Notes: generated by a model from the letters alone, not told the origin. Counted from the first letter of the whole stretch, positions 10,373 through 23,226 are shown. The stretch: 63,595 bases of DNA, filler included, from Cladosporium halotolerans (GCF_011745625.1; 14 parts of 14 records of this genome joined end to end with filler, not necessarily neighbours in it); one strand, 5' to 3'. A program made the numbers and translations.

Positions 10373-11826
10373 CAGTTGCCGGATAGAGGATACGACACTG
10401 GCGGCTGGGCGATTCGGTGGGGCCCGTCGCATATGGCACATTTGGGCTGTTCTGCCTGACAGTCATTGTGGCGGTGGCCTGGCTGAGCACACCTGCTACA
10501 AACCTGCTCCTTGGTGCACGAAAAGGCTTTGTGTCCGAGGCTTAGACATCTGAAGCACTGCATCGGTCCACGCCTGGGCTCGAACACCCGGGTGAAGGCC
10601 GATTCTCCGTCCACAATGAAGTATTGGCCCTCCAGAAGCCTCGCGGCGTCTGCGCGCTTGGTCACGTACACGACCATGGATCCGTACGCCTTTTGTACGT
10701 CCTTCCGGCTGAGCCACGATATCTTCGCAATCCTCACCTCGTTTTCCTTCTCTAGCATCTCCACGGTGCCCGTTCGAAGCTCGCCGTGCTCGTCCAACAC
10801 TGCCGTCCGGCACGCATTGTCCACCTTGACCGGGTACCACTGATCTCGCAGCACGCGCGACCCCACCGCTTTAGTTTTCTCAACCACCTCCTTCACCCGT
10901 GCAAGCTCACTCTCGTCTCGACAAGTGACGCGGATACGGGCAGCATGACGAGGGTCCCTCGTGACTGCCACGCACCGCCAGCCGCTTCCTTCCTCTCCTT
11001 CACGCATCTCTTTCTCGATATTCTGTCTGATCTTGCTCGCACTTGCATTGCCCCTCTCCGCCTCTTCCACGTCGGTCACGTCCACGGTGCAGTACAGCGT
11101 ATCCGTGAAAGTCGATGGGGTCGTCTGATTGGAGATTGTCCTGAGGTTGCTAGGGCGGCTGCCGGGCGGCGTGCGCGCGACATCGGCATACGATGGGTTC
11201 GGGCTCGAGTGTTGGACGCTGGATAACTGCTTTTCGACAATGGCCGTTACCTGCTCCTGTACAATGCTAGTGACCTGTTGCTGTACGATACTAGTGACCT
11301 GTTGCTGAACGATACCAGTGACTGTTTCGGTGACAATCTTCATGACTTCTCGCTGCACGATACTCTTGACCTCTTGCTGTACGACCTGCGTGACTTCCCG
11401 GCGCACTACCTCACTCACCTGTTGTTGCACCGCTCTCTTAACTTCTTCCCCGATGGCATGTACGATTTCGTGCTGCACGGTGACCTTCAACTGCTCTTGC
11501 ACCACCTCTCTGACCTCATCTGCCACAGCCTCCTTTACTTGCCCGACGTCCGGTACCTGGTCGATGGCCTCCTGGACCAGCGCGAAGCGCTCGTCGACAG
11601 AATCGTGCACGCCGGCGATGGCCTTCAGTATCGTCTCCAGCCGAGACTTTTGGACATCGCTGCTTTTGTCGGCGCCTTGACTCGGGATCCTCTCCCTTGC
11701 CAGCGTGCCTCGGTGCAATTTTCTGTAGTCAATCTCGGTGCGCGAAGCTCGCGGCCGGCCCAGACGTGCCACTCCCGGCGACGCGCTGTTGTCAGGTTGC
11801 GGCAACGGGCGCGCAGCGGCGGCCAT
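10366..11826 (-). CDS. gag: LINE ORF1 gag-like protein with a +1 frameshift in the third zinc knuckle
   Basis: Q/V-rich coiled-coil repeats, CFRCLSLGHKAFSC, CSRCAQPGHRHNDC. Removing one C near 10416 restores CAICDGPHESPSRQCRILYPATDV*. Confidence 0.85.
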
Positions 11827-12009
11827 TGATGGATATGCCAACTAGGCACAATATTTACTTAAAAAGCGTCCTTTTTCTCAATAATAAAAACAAGCCTGCG
11901 AAGCCATAATGCCATCTAATGATCCACCACCAAAAGCACCCCGCCTTACCTTTTTAAGCTAAGCCCAAACGCGCTAAAACCAAGATCCAACACGATTATT
12001 GGCCTTATA

Positions 12010-12150
12010 TTGGTTAGGACGCGTCATCCCCGTCGACGCGTTGTCGTCCGGTCGCGACGACGGGCGCGCAACGGCGGCCATTGATAGGTATGCCAACTAA
12101 GCACATCATATACTAGAATAACACCCTCTACTCCAATAATAAGATAAAAA
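12010..12150 (-). mobile_element. Second, diverged copy of the family B LINE 5' end
   Basis: ATG 12081 reads MAAVARPSSRPDDNASTGMTRP; DNA repeats 11780-11890 (ggcggccattgat..tatgccaacta). Confidence 0.8.
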
Positions 12151-12642
12151 CTCTTCTCGTGTCTTCCTGGTTGGAGGCAGAAATCTCAGGTTTGCAGGCG
12201 ATGTGCACACTCCAGTATGCGTGCTGCAACCAGTATGCGAGGTACGCGGTCAGTTTGCTCGACTTTCCATCTAGCTAGTGATCGCTACGCCAATCAATAA
12301 AAACATTCCCCGCCACGCGCACAGCCAACATCGACTTTCACCAGGACCTTTGATCGTTCATAACTCAATACAAATTTAAACTTTGGCGCGTTGAAAGCGC
12401 CAAGAATGCTTTATGGATGGTGTGCCTTAGTAATCACTGTAGCGAGCTGGCAGTCTCGATTCACGACCTCTTGTCACGGGCTGTTTCGTGCGCTCTTCGA
12501 CTACTGGCTCTATAGGAATGTCGCCTTCGGACTCATTGCAGCCGTTTGCTTTTCGGTGTTCGTCGCGGCCTTCGAGTTGACACACTTGACTAAGCTTCGC
12601 GCTGTTTAAGTGCCATTGTGCCCGCTTCTCCTTCGCTCTAGC

Positions 12643-13547
12643 ACCACCTTCTCCTCGTTCCCAGAATCTTTCTACTTCATAGCGTCTGCCTCCAAAGGAC
12701 AGTCCCTTTGCTAGGATCGCATCCGCCGCCTTCTTGCTTTTTATGGTCAAGACTAGTGTCGACCTCTTGATGCTTCCATTTTTGAAACGTTCGGCCAGTG
12801 TGTCGCCTTGATCCAACGCGGCGCGTAAGGAAACCTTTTACCTGTCATCAGTTCGAGCTCCTCTCGAGCTACTTCTAGCCCTCTCTCTGTCATATAGCGA
12901 TCTAGCGCGACGCCGTGCACCCGCAGCTTCAGCCTCTCTTCCGTCTTTTCCATGTCGGCAATTTCAGGGTCTAGCTTCTTTACAGCAGCCATCACGGCGG
13001 GTGCATAGCTGAGCAGCTCGTCTGCGCATGCGTTCTCGCTCATCACTCCTGTCAAGTTGCCCTTGCCCGTGTATGCCATTTGGGTCAACCTCACCGTCAC
13101 ATGCGCCCGCGATTGAGCAAGGGCTTTGTTCACTCCAAATATAATGTCTCTAGGGTCGCGATCATGCGACTGTACATCTCTGACGAAGAGTACTCGGCGC
13201 TGGCCACGAGAGTGTTTTTTCAACTTTTTTTTACCGTTCGTGACCGTATTCCATCCAGTGCCTGCTCCAAATTCTGTGATATTGGCCCAGCTGGGCTGCG
13301 TCACTTGCGCCGATAGTGGACGTGCTTTTCTGTTGGATGTCTCAGCTGTGCCTCTCGGGAAGGCACTGTTTCCTGACAGGGGCGGACTCGCGCCTATGTC
13401 GTGCCTCGGCGCTCGTAACACTGTCGTCACCGTGTTCATGAGCTGCGTGAGTTGCGTTTGCCCCTTCCTGATCCCTTCCACCCCTGCTCGGAGAGATCGC
13501 ACGTCTTCCGTACAGCCAGTGGTGGCGTTAGGCCCCAGAGGCACACG
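12643..13547 (-). pseudogene. gag: Internal gag fragment of the family A LINE
   Basis: Near-identical to ~3162-4066; truncated at both ends; 1-bp deletion near 12810. Confidence 0.92.
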
Positions 13548-14414
13548 TGAAACTGCATTATTCTGCCTGAAATGCGACGCGTTTCCGGCAGAATAGTAGA
13601 GTAGGTATCTTGAACAAGGCTTGGGGTACCTAGGGGACAAAGTTACCTCACAATCTGCAGAGATCACCTTACAATGAGAGTGGAACAAGAAGCTGACAGC
13701 AGCTCAAAGTGGAATGCGTCATGCAACAGATAACCACTCAATCAGCACATGTACATTTCACCACTACTATCAACGTTCCGCCGGCGCCGCAGGCATTATG
13801 AATATCATCATGGTGATTACAGGGCGGCACTGACGAAGACGAAGCCCTCGGCAATGCTGGGGAGTGTTACTATGTTGTTGTGACATTTTTTTTTTCTTCC
13901 TTTGTCAACGTGTTTCATCAGCACCCCGCGCATACCAGTACCCCGCGCACTCTCTCAGCATACCAGCACTTCCATTACCAAAAACACGACCACAAACGAT
14001 CAGATNNNNNNNNNNNNNNNNNNNNNNNNNNNNNNNNNNNNNNNNNNNNTTAATTAATTAANNNNNNNNNNNNNNNNNNNNNNNNNNNNNNNNNNNNNNN
14101 NNNNNTGGTCTTCTATCTGTGCTCTCGCGTTGATCCATTACCGTACAATCCTGCTCGCTATCCCGCCTTCATCAAGGCGCCACGGCTTTTGGGTCCAGTG
14201 CCCTTCTACTGGTCTGTGGTGATATTCGCAACGACTGACCCTCGTCCCTTGCTACCTACCCCTCTCCTCTGTTCTCCACGCATCACACGCTGGAATCCTT
14301 CGGCATTGGAGGTGTACGCCGTCTTGTTCGTATTTATTACCCCCTAAGAATGAGCTGCCGAAACTGAGGCATGTCACCGAGCCGGGCTGCTTGGTGTGCG
14401 CCTCTTGCCCACTC

Positions 14415-14870
14415 GCGTGCGAGCTTGTACGGGCATGTTCTCACTTTGGACTGACGCGTAGCGTCTGCTGTGCTTGTCGCGTTTTTCTCAGCTAGTCGAG
14501 CACGTCAGGCGCTCATGCTTGGTGTCTTGTCGGATAGGTCTCATCTCATCGCACCTGCTGACCCTCGCCTCCTTCTTTCTGCTCCGCTCCGCTATTCTCC
14601 ACATGTCACTGGCTGGACACCTCCAATGCCGGAGGGTCACGCTGTCTTGTCCATATTGCCAGCCTCATGGGAACGCCTGCTGGGCCGAGGCACCTCCCTG
14701 GGCTCAGTTCCTTACTATGCGCCTCTTTCCTTCTCACCTGCGAGCTGGAAGAGGCTCGCGTTCACATCTTGCTGACGCGTAGCGTCTGCTATGCTTGTCG
14801 TGTTGTCCGGAGCTGGTCGAACCCGTCAGACGCTCGTGCCGGGCATTTTGTCCGATGTGACTCATCTCAT
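14415..14870 (+). repeat. Diverged direct repeat, ~135-bp unit, ~321-bp period
   Basis: ctgacgcgtagcgtctgct.tgcttgtcg...tcatctcat occurs at ~14451-14548 and ~14772-14870. Confidence 0.75.
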
Positions 14871-15184
14871 ATTATGAGCCAGTGTATTGGTATACCTGCG
14901 AGAGCCGGTGGGCTCATCGCGCACTTGTGCATTTTGTGCGTGTTCTTCGGACTCTTGCTCATCTCCGATGTCGAGTCGGCGTTGTCGATGTTGGCGGCGG
15001 TCAGGGCGTGTAGCCTGTGGTTGCGCAGTGCGCGCAGGCTTTGTCGTATCGTGTCAGTGGGGTTTCAACGGCAGGACGGCGAGGTGGGCGGCCACATCGG
15101 CCATGTCGGACGTTGTCGATGGGTAGGGGTCGTCAGGTGATGACTTTGTGCGAGACTGCCGTATGCGCTCATCGCTTTTCTGGT

Positions 15185-15330
15185 TCTGAGTCCAGACCTT
15201 GCTCCCTGTATGGAGCTGTTTCGTGCGAACGTCCCCTCCGCGTTTTTGATGGTTCACCCATCCATGTTTCTGCTTGCAGTATTTCCGCATCAAACGTAAA
15301 TTACGACACACGTACGAGCAGGTCTGCGCC
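15185..15330 (-). pseudogene. Relic of a DUF3505/OrsD-type zinc-finger region typical of telomere-linked RecQ helicase genes
   Basis: CSYVCRNLRLMRKYCKQKHGWVNHQKRGGDVR resembles the C-x3-C...H-C-x3-H-G-W...RG motif I recall for this family; flanks are not recognisable. Confidence 0.55.
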
Positions 15331-16059
15331 TGTCCACCGATGTAGAATAAATAGTGCGTCCGAAAGCCTGTCCAGCGGTTCGAGAGCGATACGACCAAGT
15401 CCAACTACGGCTCCCAGACGTCGACGGTTGCTTCGTGCCTTATCATCGCTGTAGTGGTTGAGATATCTAACCCTGACTTTCCCAACACTAACCCTACGTG
15501 AAGGCTGTCTTCCCCTAACTTAGTGGTTCCGCAGATCATTGAACCACATACACATTTTCCGGGGAAATTACCTCAAAATCTAAACTATATATCAGCGACA
15601 ATAAATCTGAAGTGGATCCGATCGCGGGAAGAAGGTACAAAAGCTCATAGGACACAGGTTATGGGATACAGCTCAATAATGTGGGATACGCGTGTACGCG
15701 TAGCTCTCGTCACTAACAGGAATATTGGAACCCTGGGCAAACACTGGGCAGTGAGTTCCGTTGGCCGTGGTAGCGAGAGCAGCGCTTCTTGCGATAATTT
15801 GCGATTTGCGCTCCATGTCTGACCGCTTACCGCTTTTGGTAATGCACGGGCTTGCAGGGGCGACCCTCATTCGTAATGCCAAGCCTGGGGCTCACCGCAA
15901 TCCCACACTGTGTTATGATTAGGGTCTCGCTTGGATTGAATTTGTTAGTCTCTCACGCTACGCACTTGCAACTTTCAAAGCCTGTCAGCATCTGAGTAGT
16001 AACTGCAGTTGTTTCGACCCGCAAACACATGCATAGGATGGGAGTCAAGCCCCAAACCC

Positions 16060-16580
16060 TCGGAAGCCTACTGGGAGAAGTACGACGAGCCAGAGAAAAC
16101 GAGAGCAACGGGCGCGAGCGATAGCAGAACAAGCACGAGAAGCAGAGCCACTTGCACCAATGAAAGAGCCTCATGTGCGCGACGAAGTGGAGCAAGCGTG
16201 CGAAGAAGTGCGTAAAGGACGAGAGCGTACTTCTGAAGTTGCTGCATCAGCGCCTCGTATGAATGGTCGACACTCTGGAGGTCGCCATGGCCTGTACCAA
16301 CAGTAGCAGTGACTGACATCTATTACTACAAGAGGAAACAAACCTTCGCCGTCCGCTGTCTATCCACCTGGAGTATTGCAGCGGAAACGATCATATCTGC
16401 CCACAAGATGGGCCTGGAAACAACTGGAGAGGAAGAGCGCATACCCAAACGGTGAACATGACCGCGGCGTGCAGAGATGAGCTGTCCCAGCAGAGCAATT
16501 GACACGGTTTGGACCTGGAAACGCCGTTCGCGGTCTGGTGCGGCCGATGCTGGATATCACGATCGAGGAAGTATCTAAGG
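16060..16580 (+). pseudogene. Possible heavily degraded Ser/Thr protein kinase relic
   Basis: Scattered kinase-like words in correct order but different frames: EKYDEPEK..ATGA, MVDTLEV, HLEYCSGND, LVRPMLDITIEEV. No HRD or DFG motif seen. Confidence 0.25.
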
Positions 16581-18531
16581 AGATTGGCTGTTAAGCAGTT
16601 ACAAGAGGATCTGAGTGTCGGGTCCAGGTTTTCCCTTGCAAATCAAGTCATCCTTTGGGGTGCGAGATGGACGAGATACCCTTGGACGATGGGGCAAGCT
16701 CAATATAAGTGCCAGCTTGGTTTTTCTGAAAGCAAGAGCCAAGCACGTGTTCTGCGTAGCTCAGGTACAATTACACGAGCCGGAAGTTGCGGCCACATAT
16801 TAAGGCGCTCACGGATTCTTTACTGAATAAGAGTCCAACGAGTTCAAAATAGCATTTAGCTCCAGCAGGAGGCGATCGGCTTCAACAAGGGCGGCTTTAA
16901 AAAATGGTAGATTTAGTAATACATTTTCTCTTTATGATAGAAAGGAGCAACACGCTTCATCTACAGAAGCAAATTCTCCGTCGTTGGACATGTTCCTGAC
17001 GATCCATGGGTCTCTGCAAGAGAAAATCTTGCAAGCCCTCGATTAAACAGCTCAAGTCCCCATGGCAAGACTAATGTTAGCTCTGCCGCTCATTGAGCTG
17101 CGCGGCCGGAGTTTGTACGTAGTTGTGTTGGCGTCACGTCATGAACTTTCAATGCACTAACTCCTGGCCACATGCTCTCGCGCTGAAGCAAAGAGGGATC
17201 TGCGTATTTGGGTGCTCATTCATTTGCGTTGTGGCTGTTCATGTCGTTTGCGTCCTTACAATCGAGATCGTCGTGTTGCCCTGATAAAGCCGTGCCTGTT
17301 CGCATATCGCCCTTGTTTAACAATCATGAGCCCCTCTGGCACTAATAAGGAAATATCTGGCGTACAAAACGCATGAGTCAATCTTTTCCCTTTCCTCTCC
17401 CGCCTCTGTCCTCCGTGCTGAAGTCATTTCTGTTCAATTGTCCTCGCACATGATATTTCCCCAAGTATGTTCAGGATGGAAAACAGCGGAGCAACTTTGC
17501 CCGCCCAACACCGAAGAGGAGTCGGTACACATGAATCAAAGGCCTACTGCCGGGAAAGGATGCCTTGTAGATGTACGGATCACTGTGTCATGAGAATGCT
17601 GGTAGGTTGGCATGGCTAAGGATAAGGTGTACACAACAGTTCAACAGACCCTCTGACCTCACATAAGATGCTGTTGAAACGGCTTCACATACGCCAGAAA
17701 AATCGCCAGTGACTGTTCCACACTCCCCGACAAAAATTGCGGGATCAGACTCGACCTGTCGTACTACGGCTAAATCATGACCACGACCACCATATGTCCT
17801 GGTATCGAATAGATGTTACGGTCCCGTTGAAACCCAACTGTGAACCGCACGGGTGTGGTTACGTCCACCGCGCTAGTTGTCCGCCGGTCAGATGCAGACA
17901 GAAAAGAAACCGCTCTTTAAACTATATACATTTCGCCGCATGCAGATCTCGGCAAACAACATGCACCGCACTATCCGAATGTACCTTCGCCTGCTCTACC
18001 GCCCTTCCTTTGCGCGGCTTCCATGAATGCCTACGTGCTGGCATTTCTTGACCACCTTCCTTGCTGACGCACTTCCGGACCGCATGCAACTGCCATCACG
18101 TGTGAGCGTCCGCCCTCACTATACATCCCGTTGTTGGCATATCTAATGAACGAAGCCCCTCGCTTCGCCGATGTCACGTCGTCTTGAAACCTCTCGAGCG
18201 TAATCTCGATTCGCTCTCTCTTCTTTTGCCCACATCAGATCTCTCCACGGCCTATCTCCTACCTCTTCCAACACGCCTATTGGACCGAGTTCCTAAGCCG
18301 AGCTACCGCAAGCAGTCTGCCCTTTTGCGACATAATCGTCCAACCCTCGAAGCGAGACATCGAACCGGCGTTGCTGTGACTGAGTTATGCTCTTGCCGTA
18401 CGCTAGCATCCTGAGACTCTTACTCATCACACGCATGTGCCCTCGCCTATATCCTCATTTACTGTTCGCCGGAGCCGCTTATCGTGCCCGTCGCTCTCCC
18501 CTCTTTTTCCTCTGACCAAGGAATGACCCCG

Positions 18532-18681
18532 TCATCTGCTCCCAGTCCAGCTTTTTCCTGAGCTCCCTGGGTCTGCAGGCGACTTCCTCCTATCCTTGGT
18601 CTTCCCCTCTCTGAGGTAATCCTCGCTTTGCTCCAGCTCCAACGGCGTCACGGGTCCTGGGCTGCTGAGAGGCACCAGACG
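18532..18681 (-). CDS. 3' end of a conserved fungal hypothetical protein (5'-partial)
   Basis: RLVPLSSPGPVTPLELEQSEDYL...SR*; SPGPVTPLELE is a motif I recall from ascomycete hypothetical proteins. Confidence 0.45.
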   Translation of the reverse strand, partial: RLVPLSSPGPVTPLELEQSEDYLREGKTKDRRKSPADPGSSGKSWTGSR

Positions 18682-18781
18682 NNNNNNNNNNNNNNNNNNN
18701 NNNNNNNNNNNNNNNNNNNNNNNNNTTAATTAATTAANNNNNNNNNNNNNNNNNNNNNNNNNNNNNNNNNNNNNNNNNNNN

Positions 18782-18882
18782 GAGGTAAGGACTGTATATA
18801 TGTAGCCAACCTGAAACACTAGCGTATGATAAGCTGATAACAGCTGCAGTGTTTAGGGGCAGGAACCCAGTTTCACAACAAC
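18782..18882 (+). mobile_element. Probable LINE 3' terminus (stem-loop plus short CAA tail) abutting a gag relic
   Basis: aaacact...agctgataacagct gc agtgttt hairpin followed by cacaacaaca; gag homology starts right after. Confidence 0.45.
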
Positions 18883-18884
18883 AG

Positions 18885-21800
18885 GAGTTCGAGGAAGAGA
18901 TGAGGAAGGGAGAAGGGGGAAGTGGCTACGCGGTGCATGGCAGTGACGATGGACCCTCGCAACACCGGCCGCATCCGCATCATCTGTTGGGACGAAGAGG
19001 AGCTGGCTCGCGTCAAGACGGCGGCCGAGAGGACGAAAGCGATTGGTTCGGGAGTCTTGCGCGATCAGTGGTATCCGGTCAAGGTGGACAACGCATGTAG
19101 GACGGCGGTGCTGGACGAGAATGGTGAATTACTTGCAGGTGCGACGGAGATGCTGGAGAGGGAGAACGAAGTGAAGATTGCCAAGATTGCGTGGCTCAGC
19201 AGGAAGGAATCGCCAAAGGCGTGCGGGTCTATGGTCGTGTATGTGACGAAGGGCGCCGACGCAGCGAGGCTCCTGGAAGGGAGTTACTTCGACGTGGACG
19301 TAGAGTCAGCTTTCACCTGAATGTTCGAGCCTAGACGTGGACCAAAGCGGTGTTTGAAGTGTCTAGGGCTCGGTCATATGGCATGTTCGTGTACGAAGCC
19401 ACAGGTTTGTGGCAGGTATGCTCAGACAGGACACCGTTACATTGAACGCCAAGCAAACAGCCCAAAGTGTGCGGTGTGCAGCGGACCGCTCTATCGCGAC
19501 TAATGCCTAAGCAAATGAGGATTTTGCAACTGAATGTGCAGAAGCAGCGAAATGAGCAGCATGGTATGATTAGCGACGTGACATTGAAGGGCTACGCGGC
19601 TCTGGTGAATGGAGCCTTGAGCGCCTACTGCCTCGCAGGACCAAGACATGGCACAACAGAAGACACGCGTCCACGATCGACCTGGTGCTGGTGTCGCAGG
19701 AGCTGGCATCGAGTGTCTTGACGTGCAAGGTCCACGGCACAGAGCATGGGTCGGACCGTCGGGCAATCGAGACGATATTTGGCTTTGTCCTCCCAGAGCA
19801 CAATGCTCAACCTCGGTTGCTCTTCAAAAATGCTTCCTAGAACGCGATTCGAGCGCGTGTCGCCCAGAAGCTGCGGTGTCGGCCACTAAGGGGTAACGTC
19901 CAAATGCAGACCGACCGTTTGATGCAAGTGGTCCTGGAAGCGGTCAACACGCTGACACCAGAGGCGAAGTCGTCCCCGTACGCGAAGCGATGGTGGACCC
20001 AGGATCTCACGATGCTCCGCTGAGTCTACACGTACTGGAGGAGCAGCGCTCGAGCGTAGCGACGAGGCGGGGAAATTTTTCCTGCTCTAGAGCAGCAAGC
20101 TCAGGCAGCAGCCAAGGAGTATTACGACGCCATAGGCAAGCAACAGAGACTGCATTGGGATGATTTCTTGGCCGAAGATACGAACATCTGGAAGGCGACC
20201 CGCTACCTCAAGCCTGACGAGGGTTCTCGGTGGTCAAGGATCCCGCCATTGCAAAAGGCAGACGGGTCATTGACGCAGAGCAGCGCGAAGCAGTCCGAGC
20301 AGCTGCTTGCGACCTTCTTCCTGGCGCTGCATGAGAACGTAGAAAATAAGGCACAGACGCGACAAAGGCAACCTGTTGACATGCCGATGCTGCGGAGACG
20401 CATGGATTGCTGCCAACTAACCACTTCGTCGCACGGAAGTAGTGATCTGCCGAACAGGCTCTGCTGCTGCTTCAAGAGCACATCTACACAGCGCGGCGGA
20501 GAAGAAAGGTGGTGAGCCTCCTCAGTTTCGATGTCAAAGGGGCGTACAACGGAGTGTGCAAAGAGAGACTGCTGCAACGGCTGGCGGCGCGAGGCATCCT
20601 GCCAAGTTTGGTGAATTGGGTCGAGCCTTTTGCTTCTAACGCACAGCTACGATCGTGGTGAGCGGTCGGACATCCGCGCTGCCGAACTCGAGCAGGCGGA
20701 GCTGCCACAAGGCTCTCCCTTTTCTCCAATCCTGTTTCTTTTCTGCAGCACAGATCTTGTGCAACACCGAATCGACCAGACCGGTGGGGCGATCGCTTTT
20801 GTCGACTGAGGAAATTACAACTTCTATTGAACGGTCAAGCAAGAGCAATCACGGGATTGTTGGAGTCACCGCCACTGATCTTCCTCCAACAAGAAGCGTG
20901 CTTACCTTGCGCTAAGGACGTCTCGACCATCGCCAGACCAGATACTTCGTGCGAGCGCTCGGTGGGGCCGCAGACCGTCCCACGCACCAGATCTTGCCTG
21001 CAAACTTCCGTTTCGGCGAGTTATATCGACACGAAGGAGCGACAGGCCAACCCTCTAGCACCGGCTGGTCTAGACCCGACAAGACCCATCGATCTTTCGG
21101 AAGCAGACTGGCGCAACAACTCGTCAGACACGTCAGCTACGACACTGAACATGGATTTGAGCTGCCGTGCAAGGCTGGCCCACTGGTAATAAACCCGGTG
21201 ATACGGACACTTACCTACACACATATGCCGGAAAGAATGCAACCTGACCATTCGCGTCAAGTAACACTGTGTCTGGGAGCGACTAAAGACGTCAGCTTCC
21301 GTGTGGGTTTCGCATGGAGAGAGCGACGTGTTTGGAAGACACAAACGGCAACGCTAGGCAAGTTCGTCGCTGCAGCCGAGGCCGCATTCTTTGCAATCGA
21401 TCCGGTCATGAAAGACCTGGTCACAATTCTCTCGAGGGCAGATCGCTGCTCAGCTGAGCTCGTCACGGCTGGCACTGACCGCCATCAAAACACCGGAGAA
21501 TGGGTTCTACCAATCATCACAGACATTAGGAATAAAACATCTAAAGTAGATGATGAGGAAGGCCAGGTAGCTTGGCATGGCTGGCAAATTGCAACAATTA
21601 CGAAGGATACAAGTTCGCCGATGCGGCCGCGCAACGAGCAGCGAAACAACAGCCCAAAGGAATGCGATCGGCGTCACTGCCATATGTCAAGCAAGCCGTG
21701 AAAGATAAATGGAACCGATGACAAGAATCAACAAAAACATCAAAGATGCGACGAAGTCGGTCGTTGCACGATACCTGCAGTTGAAGACGCGCGTTGCTGG

Positions 21801-22315
21801 TGGTCTAGCTGCAGCAGACAAACCGTCGTGCACCCATTGCTTGAATGCCGGAAGTGGCGCAGAGAACGAGAAACTATGCTAAGGAACCTGAAAGCCAGGA
21901 ACATTACGGTCAATGAAAATCCAGATCAGGCGAGTTTGAGGAGGCTCCTCGAAGATGACGCCGTCATAGACGCTTCATAAAAGATACAGAAGTGGGCAGA
22001 AGGCCAGCAGCCAAAATCATTAAGAACGACTGTGTGGGATATCGAGCGATTAGTCCGGAGCGGAGACGAGGAGACGAGTACGACGGAGAACGGAGGGGCC
22101 TGAGGTGAGAGGCGAGGAGTAAAGGTGACACAACAGTAGGAGTGCCCAGAGCCAAAAGGCTATGGCGGCCCAGTCGAAGTCGGGACAGCGAGCAGGATTG
22201 TAGGACATAAGATAAAGCGAAAGCGCAGGTGAAAGCCATAGAAGTCATCTAGAAGATAGCTGACGTGTCATAAGCTGAACAGCTTCGATACAGTATGGTT
22301 TGAAATAAGAAAACA
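18885..22315 (+). mobile_element. Degenerate composite LINE: family B gag/EN/RT relic (to ~20807) followed by a family A-like 3' half, RNase H-like region and 3' UTR
   Basis: VLRDQWYPVKVDNACRTAVLDE matches the 10372-11826 gag. MRILQLNVQKQR, FDVKGAYNGV, LPQGSPFSPILF, GAIAFVD*. Then LLLNGQARAITGLLESPP..EACLP matches positions ~1-110. Many stops, frameshifts and deletions. Confidence 0.88.
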
Positions 22316-23226
22316 TCAAGTACGTAGAACAGATTATCGGCATCGAGCGGTATTGGCATGAAGCGGTAATCGTTTAATATGCTTGAAGGTCTTGAGTCTA
22401 GTGGCCACGCGTGAGTGACAATGTCAGATCCTCAACAGAGCCCGCGGCGATGCCCGCGGCGATACCCGTAGATCATATCATTCCTTCGACTCACCTGCTA
22501 AGAACGTCACAATAGGCTGCAATGCAAGCAACCGACATGATCTACAACAGGGTGTCTAAGACAGAGGTCCACTCGCCACTGAATCCAACTCGCTGGCCGA
22601 AATACCTTCATTGGCAATCTCTGACGCATGCACTCGCCCATCTGCCAGATCCCCGTCTCCAGCCCTATAGCCGTCGCCGGCCTGCGTCATCCAGTCTGAC
22701 GGGCGTGTAATTCAACTGATCGAGACAACTTCAATGTATTTGATCAAGCCTGGATGAACAAACTCTTCCCGCATCAAGATGGTCACGGATTCTCTGACAG
22801 AGAACCACTACAGAAGCGTTATCGATCTGTTTTTGAATGTAGTCGTTGCCTGATAAGAAGAAAGTTCGGTGTCCAAAAGTAGACTCTCGCTCGATACACG
22901 CATGCGACGGCAAAACAGCCGTCTATTGAGCGGTTGAGAAGCACGAACAGCATCAGCGCTCAATGTGAGACTCGAATTCGAAACCTATGGGATGCTGTCA
23001 GTGCCAGCAGGCGGCCTCGGCGGCCACTCAGTGGAGGTCAGAGCCAAACACCTTTGACGGCAGCACCTTGATGGTCAGCCGACCCGCGCCACAGAGCTTC
23101 AACCGACTCCACCCTTCTCTATCTCGCGGCTGCTGCATTCACGTGTACGTATTCAATACATTATGCTCCACGCCGAGTTTGACGTGTCCTGGACGCAAAC
23201 AATACGCCTCCGCAATTTTGTGGTGG

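Larger units (their letters stand above)
9421..11890 (-). mobile_element. Tad1-like LINE 'family B', 5' half (gag + endonuclease), cut by contig edge
   Basis: gag with CCHC knuckles followed immediately by an APE endonuclease ORF. Confidence 0.92.

Noticed and set aside
10370..10374. TGATG stop-start coupling between gag and pol
   Set aside because: It arises only because of the 1-bp insertion in gag; the repaired gag ends at 10366.
13559..13594. Hairpin tattctgcc...ggcagaata as a Helitron 3' end
   Set aside because: No properly placed CTRR terminus or helicase sequence to support it.
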